From NCBI GenBank assembly GCA_005788205.1, contig SXYT01000076.1, forward strand, positions 3,760-67,759: 64,000 nt of DNA, written 5' to 3'. This document shows, one piece after another, positions 1 through 8,285 of this stretch (the stretch's first letter is position 1; each line of letters begins with the position of its first letter). The position numbers and the translations under genes were made by a program. The notes under the pieces are model-generated. The model was given only the letters and a program-made list of their open reading frames with translations, did no database searches and was not told the origin of the DNA. This DNA is from Actinomycetota bacterium (GTDB lineage: Bacteria; Actinomycetota; Acidimicrobiia; Acidimicrobiales; Ilumatobacteraceae).

Positions 1-273
1 GGACTGGTCACGCCGCGGGTCATCGGCGCCGTTGCCGCCCGGCCGTGGTTGTGGACGACCGCTGTCAGCCAGGTGTTCCGCTTGGCGCGGAGGGGCTGGT
101 GGCACCGGCCGCCGTTTCTCCCGCTGCCCGGTGCCGCGTACCTGGAGTTCCGCCTGACGACCCAGTACGGCGGGGGCGAGGTCCGCGCCGGACGGCGTGC
201 GTCCGCCACGGATGTGGTGGACTATCTGACATGGTGCAGGAACTGGGACAAATCCGCAGGGCGGTCGCGATGA
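1..273 (+). CDS. Hypothetical protein, 5'-truncated by the window edge
   Basis: Frame +1 is open from position 1 (GLVTPRVIGAVAARPWLWTTAVSQ...PFLPLPGAAYLEFRLTTQYG...DVVDYLTWCR) to TGA at 271-273; protein-like composition. Confidence 0.6.
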   Translation, partial: GLVTPRVIGAVAARPWLWTTAVSQVFRLARRGWWHRPPFLPLPGAAYLEFRLTTQYGGGEVRAGRRASATDVVDYLTWCRNWDKSAGRSR

Positions 274-337
274 TGTCGCGCCTGGCCCACGCGTCCTGCC
301 TGACGACCGCAAGTACGACCGGCGTGCGGAGATAGCA

Positions 338-835
338 ATGCGGAGCGCGCTCGTACTAAACGCCACGTACGAACCGCTCAGCGTCGTGTCATCCCGTCGT
401 GCGATCTGTCTCGTCCTGTGCGACAAGGCGGACATCGTCGAGGACGACGGCTCCACCGTGCACTCGGAGCGGCTGACAATGGCGGCCCCGCTCGTGATTC
501 GTCTGAGGTACGTGGTGAAGGTGCCCTACAACCGGCACACGGCCATGTCCCGTCGTGCAGTGTTCGCGCGGGACAACCATCGGTGCGGTTACTGCGGGGG
601 CCACGCCGACTCCATCGACCACGTTCTGCCGCGGTCACGTGGCGGCAAGAACGTGTGGGAGAACGTCATCGCGGCGTGTCGGCCCTGCAACCTCAACAAG
701 AGGGACAGGACCCCCGAGGAAGCAGGCATGCGCCTCCACAACCACCCACGGGCGCCGCGCGAGCTGTCGTGGATCGTGTTCGCAGTGCCGCGGGTGCCGG
801 AGGAGTGGAAGCCCTACCTGGCGCAGGCGAGTTGA
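338..835 (+). CDS. HNH endonuclease family protein (housekeeping actinobacterial type)
   Basis: ALVLNATYEPL N-terminus; RDNHRCGYCG, SIDHVLPRSRGG, WENVIAACRPCNLNK (HNH with CxxC pairs). Confidence 0.9.
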   Translation: MRSALVLNATYEPLSVVSSRRAICLVLCDKADIVEDDGSTVHSERLTMAAPLVIRLRYVVKVPYNRHTAMSRRAVFARDNHRCGYCGGHADSIDHVLPRSRGGKNVWENVIAACRPCNLNKRDRTPEEAGMRLHNHPRAPRELSWIVFAVPRVPEEWKPYLAQAS

Positions 836-853
836 GCGCCCCGAGCTGTCGTC

Positions 854-1507
854 GTGGCTGAGTGGAAGACGCAGCGTTGGGAGGGCCCGGCGGGGGAGTT
901 TCACGGGTCAGACCCAGAGCCGGTGCGTGCCGTCAGATGGGTGAGGGTCTCCCGCCCCGCGATCGTCCTCGGGTCGACCCAGCCCGCCGCTGACATCGAC
1001 GTGGCCGCAGCCGGGCGTCTTGGTATCGACGTGGCGAGGAGGCGCAGCGGGGGAGGTGCGGTGTACCTGCACCCGGACGATTCGGTGTGGGTCGACATCA
1101 CCATCCCCCACGATGACGAACTCTGGGTCGACGACGTCACCCGGAGCATGCTCTGGGTCGGTGCCGCGTTCACCTCCGTTCTCGGGCAGTCGTTCCCGGT
1201 CGGAGCCGTCGCCGTGCATGACGGACCGTTCAGTGCGGGGGTGCTGGCGCGTGCCTATTGCTTTGCTGGTCTTGCGCCGGGCGAGGTGACTGCGGGGGGT
1301 GCCAAGCTCGTCGGGGTCAGCCAACGACGAGGGCGCGACGGTGCGCGGATGCAGTGCGTGGTGTATCGCCAGCTCGACCCGGCTGCCTTCGCGCCGTGCT
1401 TCGCGGACGGGGAGATCTCGTCGGCCGTGCGCGAGGTGCCGGTTGCGGTCGCACCGGTCGCACCGTCAGCGCTTCTCGACGACCTTCTCGCCGTCCTGGC
1501 GCGCTGA
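854..1507 (+). CDS. Lipoate-protein ligase A / octanoyltransferase family, catalytic domain only
   Basis: RRRSGGGAVY, CFAGLAPGEV, KLVGVSQRR motifs of the BPL/LPL fold. Confidence 0.8.
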   Translation: MAEWKTQRWEGPAGEFHGSDPEPVRAVRWVRVSRPAIVLGSTQPAADIDVAAAGRLGIDVARRRSGGGAVYLHPDDSVWVDITIPHDDELWVDDVTRSMLWVGAAFTSVLGQSFPVGAVAVHDGPFSAGVLARAYCFAGLAPGEVTAGGAKLVGVSQRRGRDGARMQCVVYRQLDPAAFAPCFADGEISSAVREVPVAVAPVAPSALLDDLLAVLAR

Positions 1508-1640
1508 GTCCCTCCCTCGCGCGGGGCGGGGTCACCCCATCGTCAGCGTTGCCTTCACTGCCGATTGGTGCTCACGCATCGGCCGCACAACCCGCCTTTC
1601 GTGAACCCCGCGACCGTGTCAGCCCTGTTCTGGTCGGGGA

Positions 1641-1706
1641 GGTGGGGGGAAGAGTGGCGCAAAGTGGGGTCAAGTGGTTGACAGTGGGGAGTAGTGGGGC
1701 TAATGT
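1641..1706 (+). promoter_or_regulatory. dcw promoter (-35 TTGACA 1678-1683, 17-bp spacer, -10 TAATGT 1701-1706) overlapped by MraZ-type GTGG repeats
   Basis: AGTGG at 1653, 1663, 1673, 1683, 1693 (exact 10-bp period) plus GGTGG at 1641; MraZ is known to bind tandem GTGG-type repeats upstream of its own gene. Confidence 0.8.
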
Positions 1707-1751
1707 CACACCCTGACAGGGCGGTCTTCGCCCGGTCAGGGAGGCGGAGAA

Positions 1752-2168
1752 GTGTTCGTTGGGGCGCACGAGAGGCAGCTCGACCCGAAGGGTCGCATCG
1801 CCCTGCCCGCGCCGTACCGCCCCCGACTCGAGCCCCGCTGTTATCTCGCCTTCGGCCGGGACAAGTGCATCGACGTGATGACCGCCGAGGCCTTCGAGCT
1901 CCTCGGCCAGGAGGCTGTCGAGAAAGTGAAGAAGGGCGAGATGAGCCGTGCCGAGCAGCGCGCCCTGGCCTTCAACTCCGTCGAAGTCGTGATCGATGCC
2001 CAGGGCAGGATCAACCTCTCCGAGGAGTTCCGCGCCTATGCGGGGCTCATGCTCAATTCCAGGATCGTCGTGGCCGGCTCGTTCGACCGCGTCGAGATCT
2101 GGGACCCCGCCCGTTACGAGCGCGTTGCGCTCGAGGGCACCGAACAGATCGCAGGAGCGGACGCGTGA
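1752..2168 (+). CDS. mraZ: Division/cell wall cluster transcriptional repressor MraZ
   Basis: MFVGAHERQLDPKGRI and DAQGRI (two DxxGR motifs); GGAGG RBS; first gene of dcw. Confidence 0.95.
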   Translation: MFVGAHERQLDPKGRIALPAPYRPRLEPRCYLAFGRDKCIDVMTAEAFELLGQEAVEKVKKGEMSRAEQRALAFNSVEVVIDAQGRINLSEEFRAYAGLMLNSRIVVAGSFDRVEIWDPARYERVALEGTEQIAGADA

Positions 2169-2206
2169 TCCATCATGGCGCCAACTCCCGCACAACACAC
2201 CGAGGA

Positions 2207-2334
2207 CCTTCGGTCTTCGGCAGTCTCCCGGACGACACGGTGGTCAGCTCCAACTCCGCCCGCTGTCATCGCGTCTGCACCGGGGAGAAATCCGGGCAGC
2301 ATTTGCCGTCCGGGAGGCTGCCGAGGGCCGAGGG
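2207..2334 (+). ncRNA. Structured cis-element between mraZ and rsmH (positional analogue of the actinobacterial mraW RNA motif)
   Basis: 2207-2234 pairs with 2307-2334 over 28 bp and every non-Watson-Crick pair is U-G; encloses two hairpins; 3' arm contains the GAGGG RBS of rsmH. Confidence 0.7.
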
Positions 2335-2341
2335 ATGCCCG

Positions 2342-3289
2342 ATGAGCAACGGGTTCTCCCATGCCCCGGTCATGCTCGAGGAGATCCTCGGGGTGTTTCA
2401 GGGGATGGATACCGGCGTCTTCGTCGACGCCACGCTCGGTGGGGCCGGCCATGCGGCCGCCGTGCTGGCCGCGCACCCCGGTGTGACACTTCTCGGCATC
2501 GACCAGGACGATGCGGCGCTCGCCGCCGCGGCGTCCCGTCTGGATGCGGCAGGTCTTGGCGGGCGCGCCGCCCTCCGGCGCGCCCGCGTCGAAACCGTGG
2601 GTCAAGTGGTGGAAGGAGAGGGCATCGGCGTGGTGGCCGGTGCCCTCTTCGACCTCGGCGTGTCCTCACCCCAGTTCGACGTCGCCGAGCGGGGTTTCTC
2701 CTACAGGCACGATGCCGCCCTCGACATGCGGATGGACAGGTCGCGCACCCTCACGGCCGCGACCGTCGTCAACACCTATGACACCGACTCCCTCGCACGG
2801 ATCATCGGTGAGAACTCCGACGAACGGTTTGCCGGCCGCATTGCCCGCGCCATCGTGGCGAACAGGCCTGTCCGCGGGACCGCCCACCTGTCCGAGATCG
2901 TGACCGCGGCGATTCCTGCCGCGACACGCCGCCGCGGCGGGCACCCCGCCACGCGCACGGTCCAGGCCCTGCGCATCGAGGTGAACCAGGAACTCGAGAT
3001 TCTTCCCGGCGCGCTCAGTGCGGCAATCGCGGTGCTGGCGCCGGGCGCCCGGCTCGCCGTGCTCTCGTACCATTCGGGCGAGGACCGCATCGTCAAGTCC
3101 GTGATGCGCGACGCCGAGACGGGCGGGTGCACCTGCCGGCCGGGCCTCCCGTGCGGATGCGGGGCAGTGCCCACCGTGCGCAGGGTGAGGGCAAGCCGTG
3201 AGGCGACGCCGGCCGAGACCGCCGCGAACCCGCGGGCCGCATCTGCACGCCTCCGCGTCGTGGAAAAGACCGAGGGTGCGGTCCGCTGA
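2342..3289 (+). CDS. rsmH: 16S rRNA m4C1402 methyltransferase RsmH (MraW)
   Basis: HAPVMLEE, VDATLGGAGHA, DLGVSSPQ, LDMRMD, SYHSGEDRIVK, NPRAASARLR; start placed at ATG 2342. Confidence 0.95.
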   Translation: MSNGFSHAPVMLEEILGVFQGMDTGVFVDATLGGAGHAAAVLAAHPGVTLLGIDQDDAALAAAASRLDAAGLGGRAALRRARVETVGQVVEGEGIGVVAGALFDLGVSSPQFDVAERGFSYRHDAALDMRMDRSRTLTAATVVNTYDTDSLARIIGENSDERFAGRIARAIVANRPVRGTAHLSEIVTAAIPAATRRRGGHPATRTVQALRIEVNQELEILPGALSAAIAVLAPGARLAVLSYHSGEDRIVKSVMRDAETGGCTCRPGLPCGCGAVPTVRRVRASREATPAETAANPRAASARLRVVEKTEGAVR

Positions 3290-3744
3290 TGGCGCTCGCA
3301 CTACGACTTGCATCGGTCCTGCCCGACAGGGACGGGACACGCCTCACTCTCGTGCCGGCGCGCACCAGGAGGCTGCCCCTGCCCATCGTGATGACGTGCC
3401 TCGTCATCATCAGCATGTTCGCGGTGGTGACCCTGACCACGCACATGGCGAGCCAGCAGATGCGGATCGACAGGCTCAACACCGACATCATCCGTGCGAG
3501 GAACAACTACGACAAGCTCCGCGCCGAGCGGGCGAGGTTCCAGTCCCCCCAGTACCTCACGGACCGCGCGAAGTCGATGGGCATGGTGCCGGGAACCCAG
3601 ACGAGAATGGTCGAGGTGCCGGTGGATGCCGCAGTCCTCGTCGCGACGGGGGTCGGCAAGGTCGACTCCGACGTGGCTGACTCGAGGGAGAGCCCGCTGG
3701 ATGAGTTCGGCCGGATGAAGCGCACCGGCGGGGCCGCCCCGTGA
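3289..3744 (+). CDS. ftsL: FtsL-like cell division protein
   Basis: Between rsmH and ftsI; single TM segment followed by coiled coil and AKSMGMV motif; TGATG coupling to rsmH. Confidence 0.7.
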   Translation: MALALRLASVLPDRDGTRLTLVPARTRRLPLPIVMTCLVIISMFAVVTLTTHMASQQMRIDRLNTDIIRARNNYDKLRAERARFQSPQYLTDRAKSMGMVPGTQTRMVEVPVDAAVLVATGVGKVDSDVADSRESPLDEFGRMKRTGGAAP

Positions 3745-5783
3745 CCGCGCCGGCGGGGATCCGGCGCGGCAGTCGTTCACACGGCAATGCGCGCACACGT
3801 GACACGTCTGTCCCGGGGCGGACGCAATCGTCCCGCAAGCCGGCGTCGCGGCAGTCGACTGCGTCATCGCGGCAGTCGACTGCGAATGCCGCAGCGCGCC
3901 GTCCCGCGTCGCGTCCGTCAGGTCGCGGGTCGTCCTCGCACGCCCGCGGCGGGTCGACGCACGACCGCAGGCCCCCGGCCCGCCCGGTCCGCCCCACCCG
4001 CCACGTCCGTCCTGCCGTCAGCCTGAAGAAGGAATCCCAGGAGGTGGACCAGCGAATGCGCGACCGTCTGCGCTGGGTCGTCATTCTCGTGGTGTTCGCG
4101 ATGGCCTGTCTCGTGGTCCGCGTGGCGATGCTGAAGACCGTCGACCGTTCCGGCTACCTGGAGGCGAGCATCGACCAGCGCACCCGCGTGAACACGCTGC
4201 GCGCCAGCAGGGGAGTGATCTTCGACCGCAACGGGCACGAACTCGCGCTCTCCGTGCCGACGAACACGCTGTGGGCGGACCCGAGGGCGATCATCGACCC
4301 GCCGGCCACTGCCCGTGCCATCGCGGGAATGCTCGGGATGAGCCCGCAGGATGAGGCTGCACTCGCAGAGCGCCTGTCGCGCAGCGGCCAGAAGTTCTCC
4401 TATGTCGCGCGTGAACTGTCGAAGGACGTGGTGAAGTCGGTGCTGGCGCTGAATCTCACGGGCATCTACTCGTACATCGAGCCTGCCCGTGTCGTGGAGA
4501 GCGGGGCTGCGCAGGCGCTCATCGGCACGACGGACCCCGACGGCCTCGGCACATCGGGTCTCGAGCTGCAGTACGACACCGTCCTCACCGGTGCCGACGG
4601 GACGCAGGTGCGCCAGGTCGACAACCAGGGCCGTTCGATCGCCGGCGAGGGCAGCATCACGAACCAACCCGTGCCCGGTGACGACCTTGTGCTCTCCATC
4701 GACAGGACGATCCAGTACCAGATGGACGCGGCGGTCATCGCCCGGGTTGAGCGACTGTCAGCGAAGGGCGGCACGGCGATCGCAATCGATTCCCGCACCG
4801 GCGAGATCATCGCGATGTCGAACGTGAAGCGTCGTGCGGACGGCACCGTGGCGGTCGCACAGGGGAACCTCGCGGCAGTCGAGGCCTACGAACCGGGCTC
4901 CGTCGCGAAGGTCTTCAGCGTCAGCGCGGCGGTCAACGAGGGCATGGTCGGGCCGTCCACCGTGCTCCGGGTCCCCGGGGTCGTGCGCATCGATGACTTC
5001 ACGATCCGCGACGCGTGGCCGCACGGACCGATCGACATGTCGGTGCGGGGGATCCTGAGCGAGAGTTCCAACATCGGCACGATGATGGTGGCCGAGAAGA
5101 TTCCGTTCACGAAGCTCCATGACTACCTGTCGGCGTTCGGCTTCGGCAGACACTCAGGGCTCCAGTACCCGGGCGAGAGCCGCGGTTCCCTGAAGTCGGT
5201 CAAGAAGACCTACGGCACAGAGCGCTCCACGGTGTCCTACGGGTACGGATTCTCCTCGACTGCGCTGCAGATGGTGAGCGCCTTCAACGCCGTCGCAAAC
5301 GGGGGTACGTTCGTGGAGCCCCGCCTCGTCACCGCGACCATCGACCGCGCGGGCAGGAGGCAGGAGATGGAGCCGTCGAAGACACGCAAGGTCATCGAGC
5401 CGGCCACTGCCGCCGTCCTGACCGACATCCTGCGGGATGCGGTGTGCACGGGCACTGGCGAGAAGGCCAAGGTGAAGGGCATGGAGATCGCAGGCAAGAC
5501 GGGAACCGGCTACAAGCTGCAGGCAAACGGCACGTACAGCACCGATGCGGGCGGTCGCCGTTACTTCGCCTCATTCGTCGGGTTCTTCCCGGCACAGGCA
5601 CCGCGGGTGACGATGCTCGTGTCCATCGACGAGCCGAACTCGTCGTCGATCGACCGCTTCGGTGGCACGGCGGCCGCGCCGGTGTTCGCCCAGCTGGTGC
5701 CGACCATCATGAACGAATTCGGCATCGAGCCGACCGGGCCGGACGCCGGCTGTGACGGTCGCGCCGCGACTCTCGGCCACTGA
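3741..5783 (+). CDS. ftsI: Class B penicillin-binding protein FtsI/PBP3
   Basis: RGVIFDRNG, GTSGLELQYD, SxxK (EPGSVAK), SxN (SSNIG), KTG (GKTGT); long basic N-terminal tail, so exact start is uncertain. Confidence 0.93.
   Translation: MTAPAGIRRGSRSHGNARTRDTSVPGRTQSSRKPASRQSTASSRQSTANAAARRPASRPSGRGSSSHARGGSTHDRRPPARPVRPTRHVRPAVSLKKESQEVDQRMRDRLRWVVILVVFAMACLVVRVAMLKTVDRSGYLEASIDQRTRVNTLRASRGVIFDRNGHELALSVPTNTLWADPRAIIDPPATARAIAGMLGMSPQDEAALAERLSRSGQKFSYVARELSKDVVKSVLALNLTGIYSYIEPARVVESGAAQALIGTTDPDGLGTSGLELQYDTVLTGADGTQVRQVDNQGRSIAGEGSITNQPVPGDDLVLSIDRTIQYQMDAAVIARVERLSAKGGTAIAIDSRTGEIIAMSNVKRRADGTVAVAQGNLAAVEAYEPGSVAKVFSVSAAVNEGMVGPSTVLRVPGVVRIDDFTIRDAWPHGPIDMSVRGILSESSNIGTMMVAEKIPFTKLHDYLSAFGFGRHSGLQYPGESRGSLKSVKKTYGTERSTVSYGYGFSSTALQMVSAFNAVANGGTFVEPRLVTATIDRAGRRQEMEPSKTRKVIEPATAAVLTDILRDAVCTGTGEKAKVKGMEIAGKTGTGYKLQANGTYSTDAGGRRYFASFVGFFPAQAPRVTMLVSIDEPNSSSIDRFGGTAAAPVFAQLVPTIMNEFGIEPTGPDAGCDGRAATLGH
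3846..3884. repeat. 18-bp direct repeat (TCGCGGCAGTCGACTGCG x2, 21-bp period) inside the 5' part of ftsI
   Basis: Copies at 3846-3863 and 3867-3884; each holds the perfect palindrome GCAGTCGACTGC; encodes SRQSTA twice. Confidence 0.8.
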
Positions 5784-5793
5784 CGGGGCGCCC

Positions 5794-7230
5794 GTGTCCC
5801 GCCGTTCCGTCGAACCCGCCACGGCATCAGCGGTGGCCACCCTCGCGGGAGGGTCGGTCGCTGCTGGCGACCGAGGGGCGAGCGTCACGGGCCTGTCTGA
5901 TGACTCGCGCACGGTGGCCGCGGGCGACATTTTCTTCTGCATCCGCGGTGAGTCGACCGATGGGCACGACGCGGCCGCCGCGGCGGTGTCGGCCGGTGCC
6001 TCGGCGCTCGTCGTCGACCATGTCCTGGACGGCGTGCCGAGTGCGGTCGCCCAGATCGTCGTGCCCGACGTGAGAGCCTCCGTGGGTCCCGTCGCCGCGG
6101 CACTCACGGGGAACCCCGCCTCGCACCTGCGGATGGTGGCGGTGACGGGAACGAACGGCAAGACCTCGACGGCGCGGTTCATCGCCGACATCCTCAATGC
6201 AGCGGGGCAGAGCACGGAGGTGATCGGGACGCTCTCGGGTGTGCGGACCACCCCGGAGCCGGTCGAGATCCACGGGCTGCTGGCAGATGCCGTCACTGCG
6301 GGCATCGACACCGTGGTCATGGAGGTGTCGTCGCACGCACTCGTCCTCTGCCGGGTCGACGGCATCGTCTTCGACGTTGCCGTGTTCACGAACCTGTCGC
6401 GTGACCACCTGGACTTCCACGGGACCATGCAGGACTACTTCGCCGCGAAGGCATCCCTGTTCACCCCCTTGCGCACGCGTGCCGCGGTGGTGAACACGGG
6501 GGATGAGCACGGACGCAGGATCGCGGAGGCGTGCTCGGTCCCACTCGTCACCTACTCCATCGCCGACGCACAGGGACTCGACGTCGGCGCGGACAGCATG
6601 ACGTTCGTGTGGCGCGGTGCACGCGTGGAGGCCCCGGTCGGCGGACGGTTCATGGCTGAGAACGTCATCGCGGCGGCAAGCGCCGCCGTGGCGTGCGGTA
6701 TCGACGCAGCCACCGCCGCCGGCGCGTGCTCCGCACTCGAGCCGGTTCCCGGCAGGCACGAGTCCGTGCCCACAGGTGCGGATTACTCCGTGATCGTCGA
6801 CTACGCCCACACGCCGGAGGCGCTCACAATGTTGCTCGCATCCGTGCGCGCAGTCGCGAAGGGCCGTGTCATCGTCGTGTTCGGGTGCGGAGGGGACCGT
6901 GACCGCGGGAAGAGACCGGAGATGGGTGCGGCTGCCGCGGCCGGCGCGGATGTCGTCATCGTCACGTCCGACAACCCCCGCGGAGAGTCTCCCGGCGCGG
7001 TCATCGATGACATCACTGCAGGAATCCACGGCACTTCTGCCCAGGTGGAGACGCAGCAGGACAGGGCGGCGGCGATTGCATCCGCCATCGGGCGCACCCG
7101 AAGTGGTGACATAGTGGTCATTGCAGGGAAGGGCCACGAGCCCTACCAGGAGGTGGCGGGCGTTCTCGTGCCGTTCTCCGACGTGGAAGTCGCGCGGGTC
7201 GCGATCGAGGGAAGGAGCACAGCGCGGTGA
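5794..7230 (+). CDS. murE: UDP-MurNAc-dipeptide:diaminopimelate ligase MurE
   Basis: VTGTNGKTST, MEVSSHAL, FTNLSRDHLDFH, VDYAHTP, FGCGGDRD, SDNPR (DAP-type); start uncertain (GTG 5752 or 5794). Confidence 0.93.
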   Translation: MSRRSVEPATASAVATLAGGSVAAGDRGASVTGLSDDSRTVAAGDIFFCIRGESTDGHDAAAAAVSAGASALVVDHVLDGVPSAVAQIVVPDVRASVGPVAAALTGNPASHLRMVAVTGTNGKTSTARFIADILNAAGQSTEVIGTLSGVRTTPEPVEIHGLLADAVTAGIDTVVMEVSSHALVLCRVDGIVFDVAVFTNLSRDHLDFHGTMQDYFAAKASLFTPLRTRAAVVNTGDEHGRRIAEACSVPLVTYSIADAQGLDVGADSMTFVWRGARVEAPVGGRFMAENVIAAASAAVACGIDAATAAGACSALEPVPGRHESVPTGADYSVIVDYAHTPEALTMLLASVRAVAKGRVIVVFGCGGDRDRGKRPEMGAAAAAGADVVIVTSDNPRGESPGAVIDDITAGIHGTSAQVETQQDRAAAIASAIGRTRSGDIVVIAGKGHEPYQEVAGVLVPFSDVEVARVAIEGRSTAR

Positions 7231-8285
7231 TTGCGGTCCTGATCGGCGGTGCCGTGTCGATGTTCCTCTCGCTGTTCGGGACGAGGTGGATGATCGGGTT
7301 CTTCGCGTCCCTCGGGATGGGCCAGCCCATACTCGGTTCGGAGGACCACGGCCCCGTGCACCACATGAAGAAGCAGGGGACCGCGACCATGGGGGGGATC
7401 GCGATCCTTCTGTCCGCGTTCGTCGGGTGGCTCGTCGCCCACCTGCGGGACGGGATCGCGCTCTCGGACCAGGCGATGATCATGTGGGCCGCGGTGCTCG
7501 TGCTCGGGTTCATGGGTTTTCTCGACGACTTCCTGAAGGTGCGCAAGGCGCACAACAGGGGAATCCTCTGGAAGAAGAAGGGCTACATCACCTTCGGTCT
7601 CGTCGTGGTCCTCATGACGTGGCTGCTTCTCGGCACCGGCGTCAGCGAGACGCTCTCCTTCACGCGCTTCGATCTGCCGGGATGGGATCTCTCTGCGCCG
7701 CTGTGGGTCATCTGGACCTCGGTGATGGTGTGGTCCACCACGAACGCCGTCAATGTGACGGACGGTCTCGACGGCCTGGCCGCCGGGTCGGCCCTGTTCG
7801 GCTTTCTCGCCTTCACCGTCATCGCATACTGGGCGTTCAGGAATCCGGACGTCTACCGCCTGGTGAACCCGCTCGACCTCGCGGTCTTCTCTGCCGCGAT
7901 GGCCGGTGCCTGCGGGGGCTTCCTGTGGTGGAACGCCGCACCGGCACGGATCTTCATGGGCGATGTCGGCGCCCTCGGCATCGGGGGAGCGCTCGGGCTC
8001 CTCGCGGTCACGACCAACACCCACATGCTGCTGCCCCTCATCTGCGCCCTGAACGTGATGGAGGCAGGGAGCGTGGCGCTGCAGATGGGCGTCTTCAAGG
8101 CGTCAGGCCGCACGCGCCGCCTCTTTCGCATGTCGCCGGTCCACCACCACTTCGAGCTCCTCGGTTGGCCGGAGACCACGGTCATCATCCGCTTCTGGAT
8201 CATCTCGGGTCTCTGTGTGGCCGCGGCTCTCGCGATCTTCATCGCCGACTTCACCTCGATCGCGGACAGCCTCGGGGGTCGTTGA
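7227..8285 (+). CDS. mraY: Phospho-MurNAc-pentapeptide transferase MraY
   Basis: KQGTATMGG, GFLDDFLK, NAVNVTDGLDGLA, IFMGDVG, HHHFEL; multi-TM. Confidence 0.95.
   Translation: MIAVLIGGAVSMFLSLFGTRWMIGFFASLGMGQPILGSEDHGPVHHMKKQGTATMGGIAILLSAFVGWLVAHLRDGIALSDQAMIMWAAVLVLGFMGFLDDFLKVRKAHNRGILWKKKGYITFGLVVVLMTWLLLGTGVSETLSFTRFDLPGWDLSAPLWVIWTSVMVWSTTNAVNVTDGLDGLAAGSALFGFLAFTVIAYWAFRNPDVYRLVNPLDLAVFSAAMAGACGGFLWWNAAPARIFMGDVGALGIGGALGLLAVTTNTHMLLPLICALNVMEAGSVALQMGVFKASGRTRRLFRMSPVHHHFELLGWPETTVIIRFWIISGLCVAAALAIFIADFTSIADSLGGR

Noticed and set aside
338..835. HNH nuclease as a sign of a mobile element, Cas9/IscB or defence system
   Set aside because: Small stand-alone protein of a common housekeeping type; no RuvC-like parts, repeats, array or partner genes
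1694..3289. Apparent N-terminal extensions or fusions in the ORF track (531-aa RsmH, 836-aa MurD, 810-aa YyaL, 724-aa LLM)
   Set aside because: Extensions are open alternate frames over neighbouring genes; real starts have RBS, overlap or -10 support
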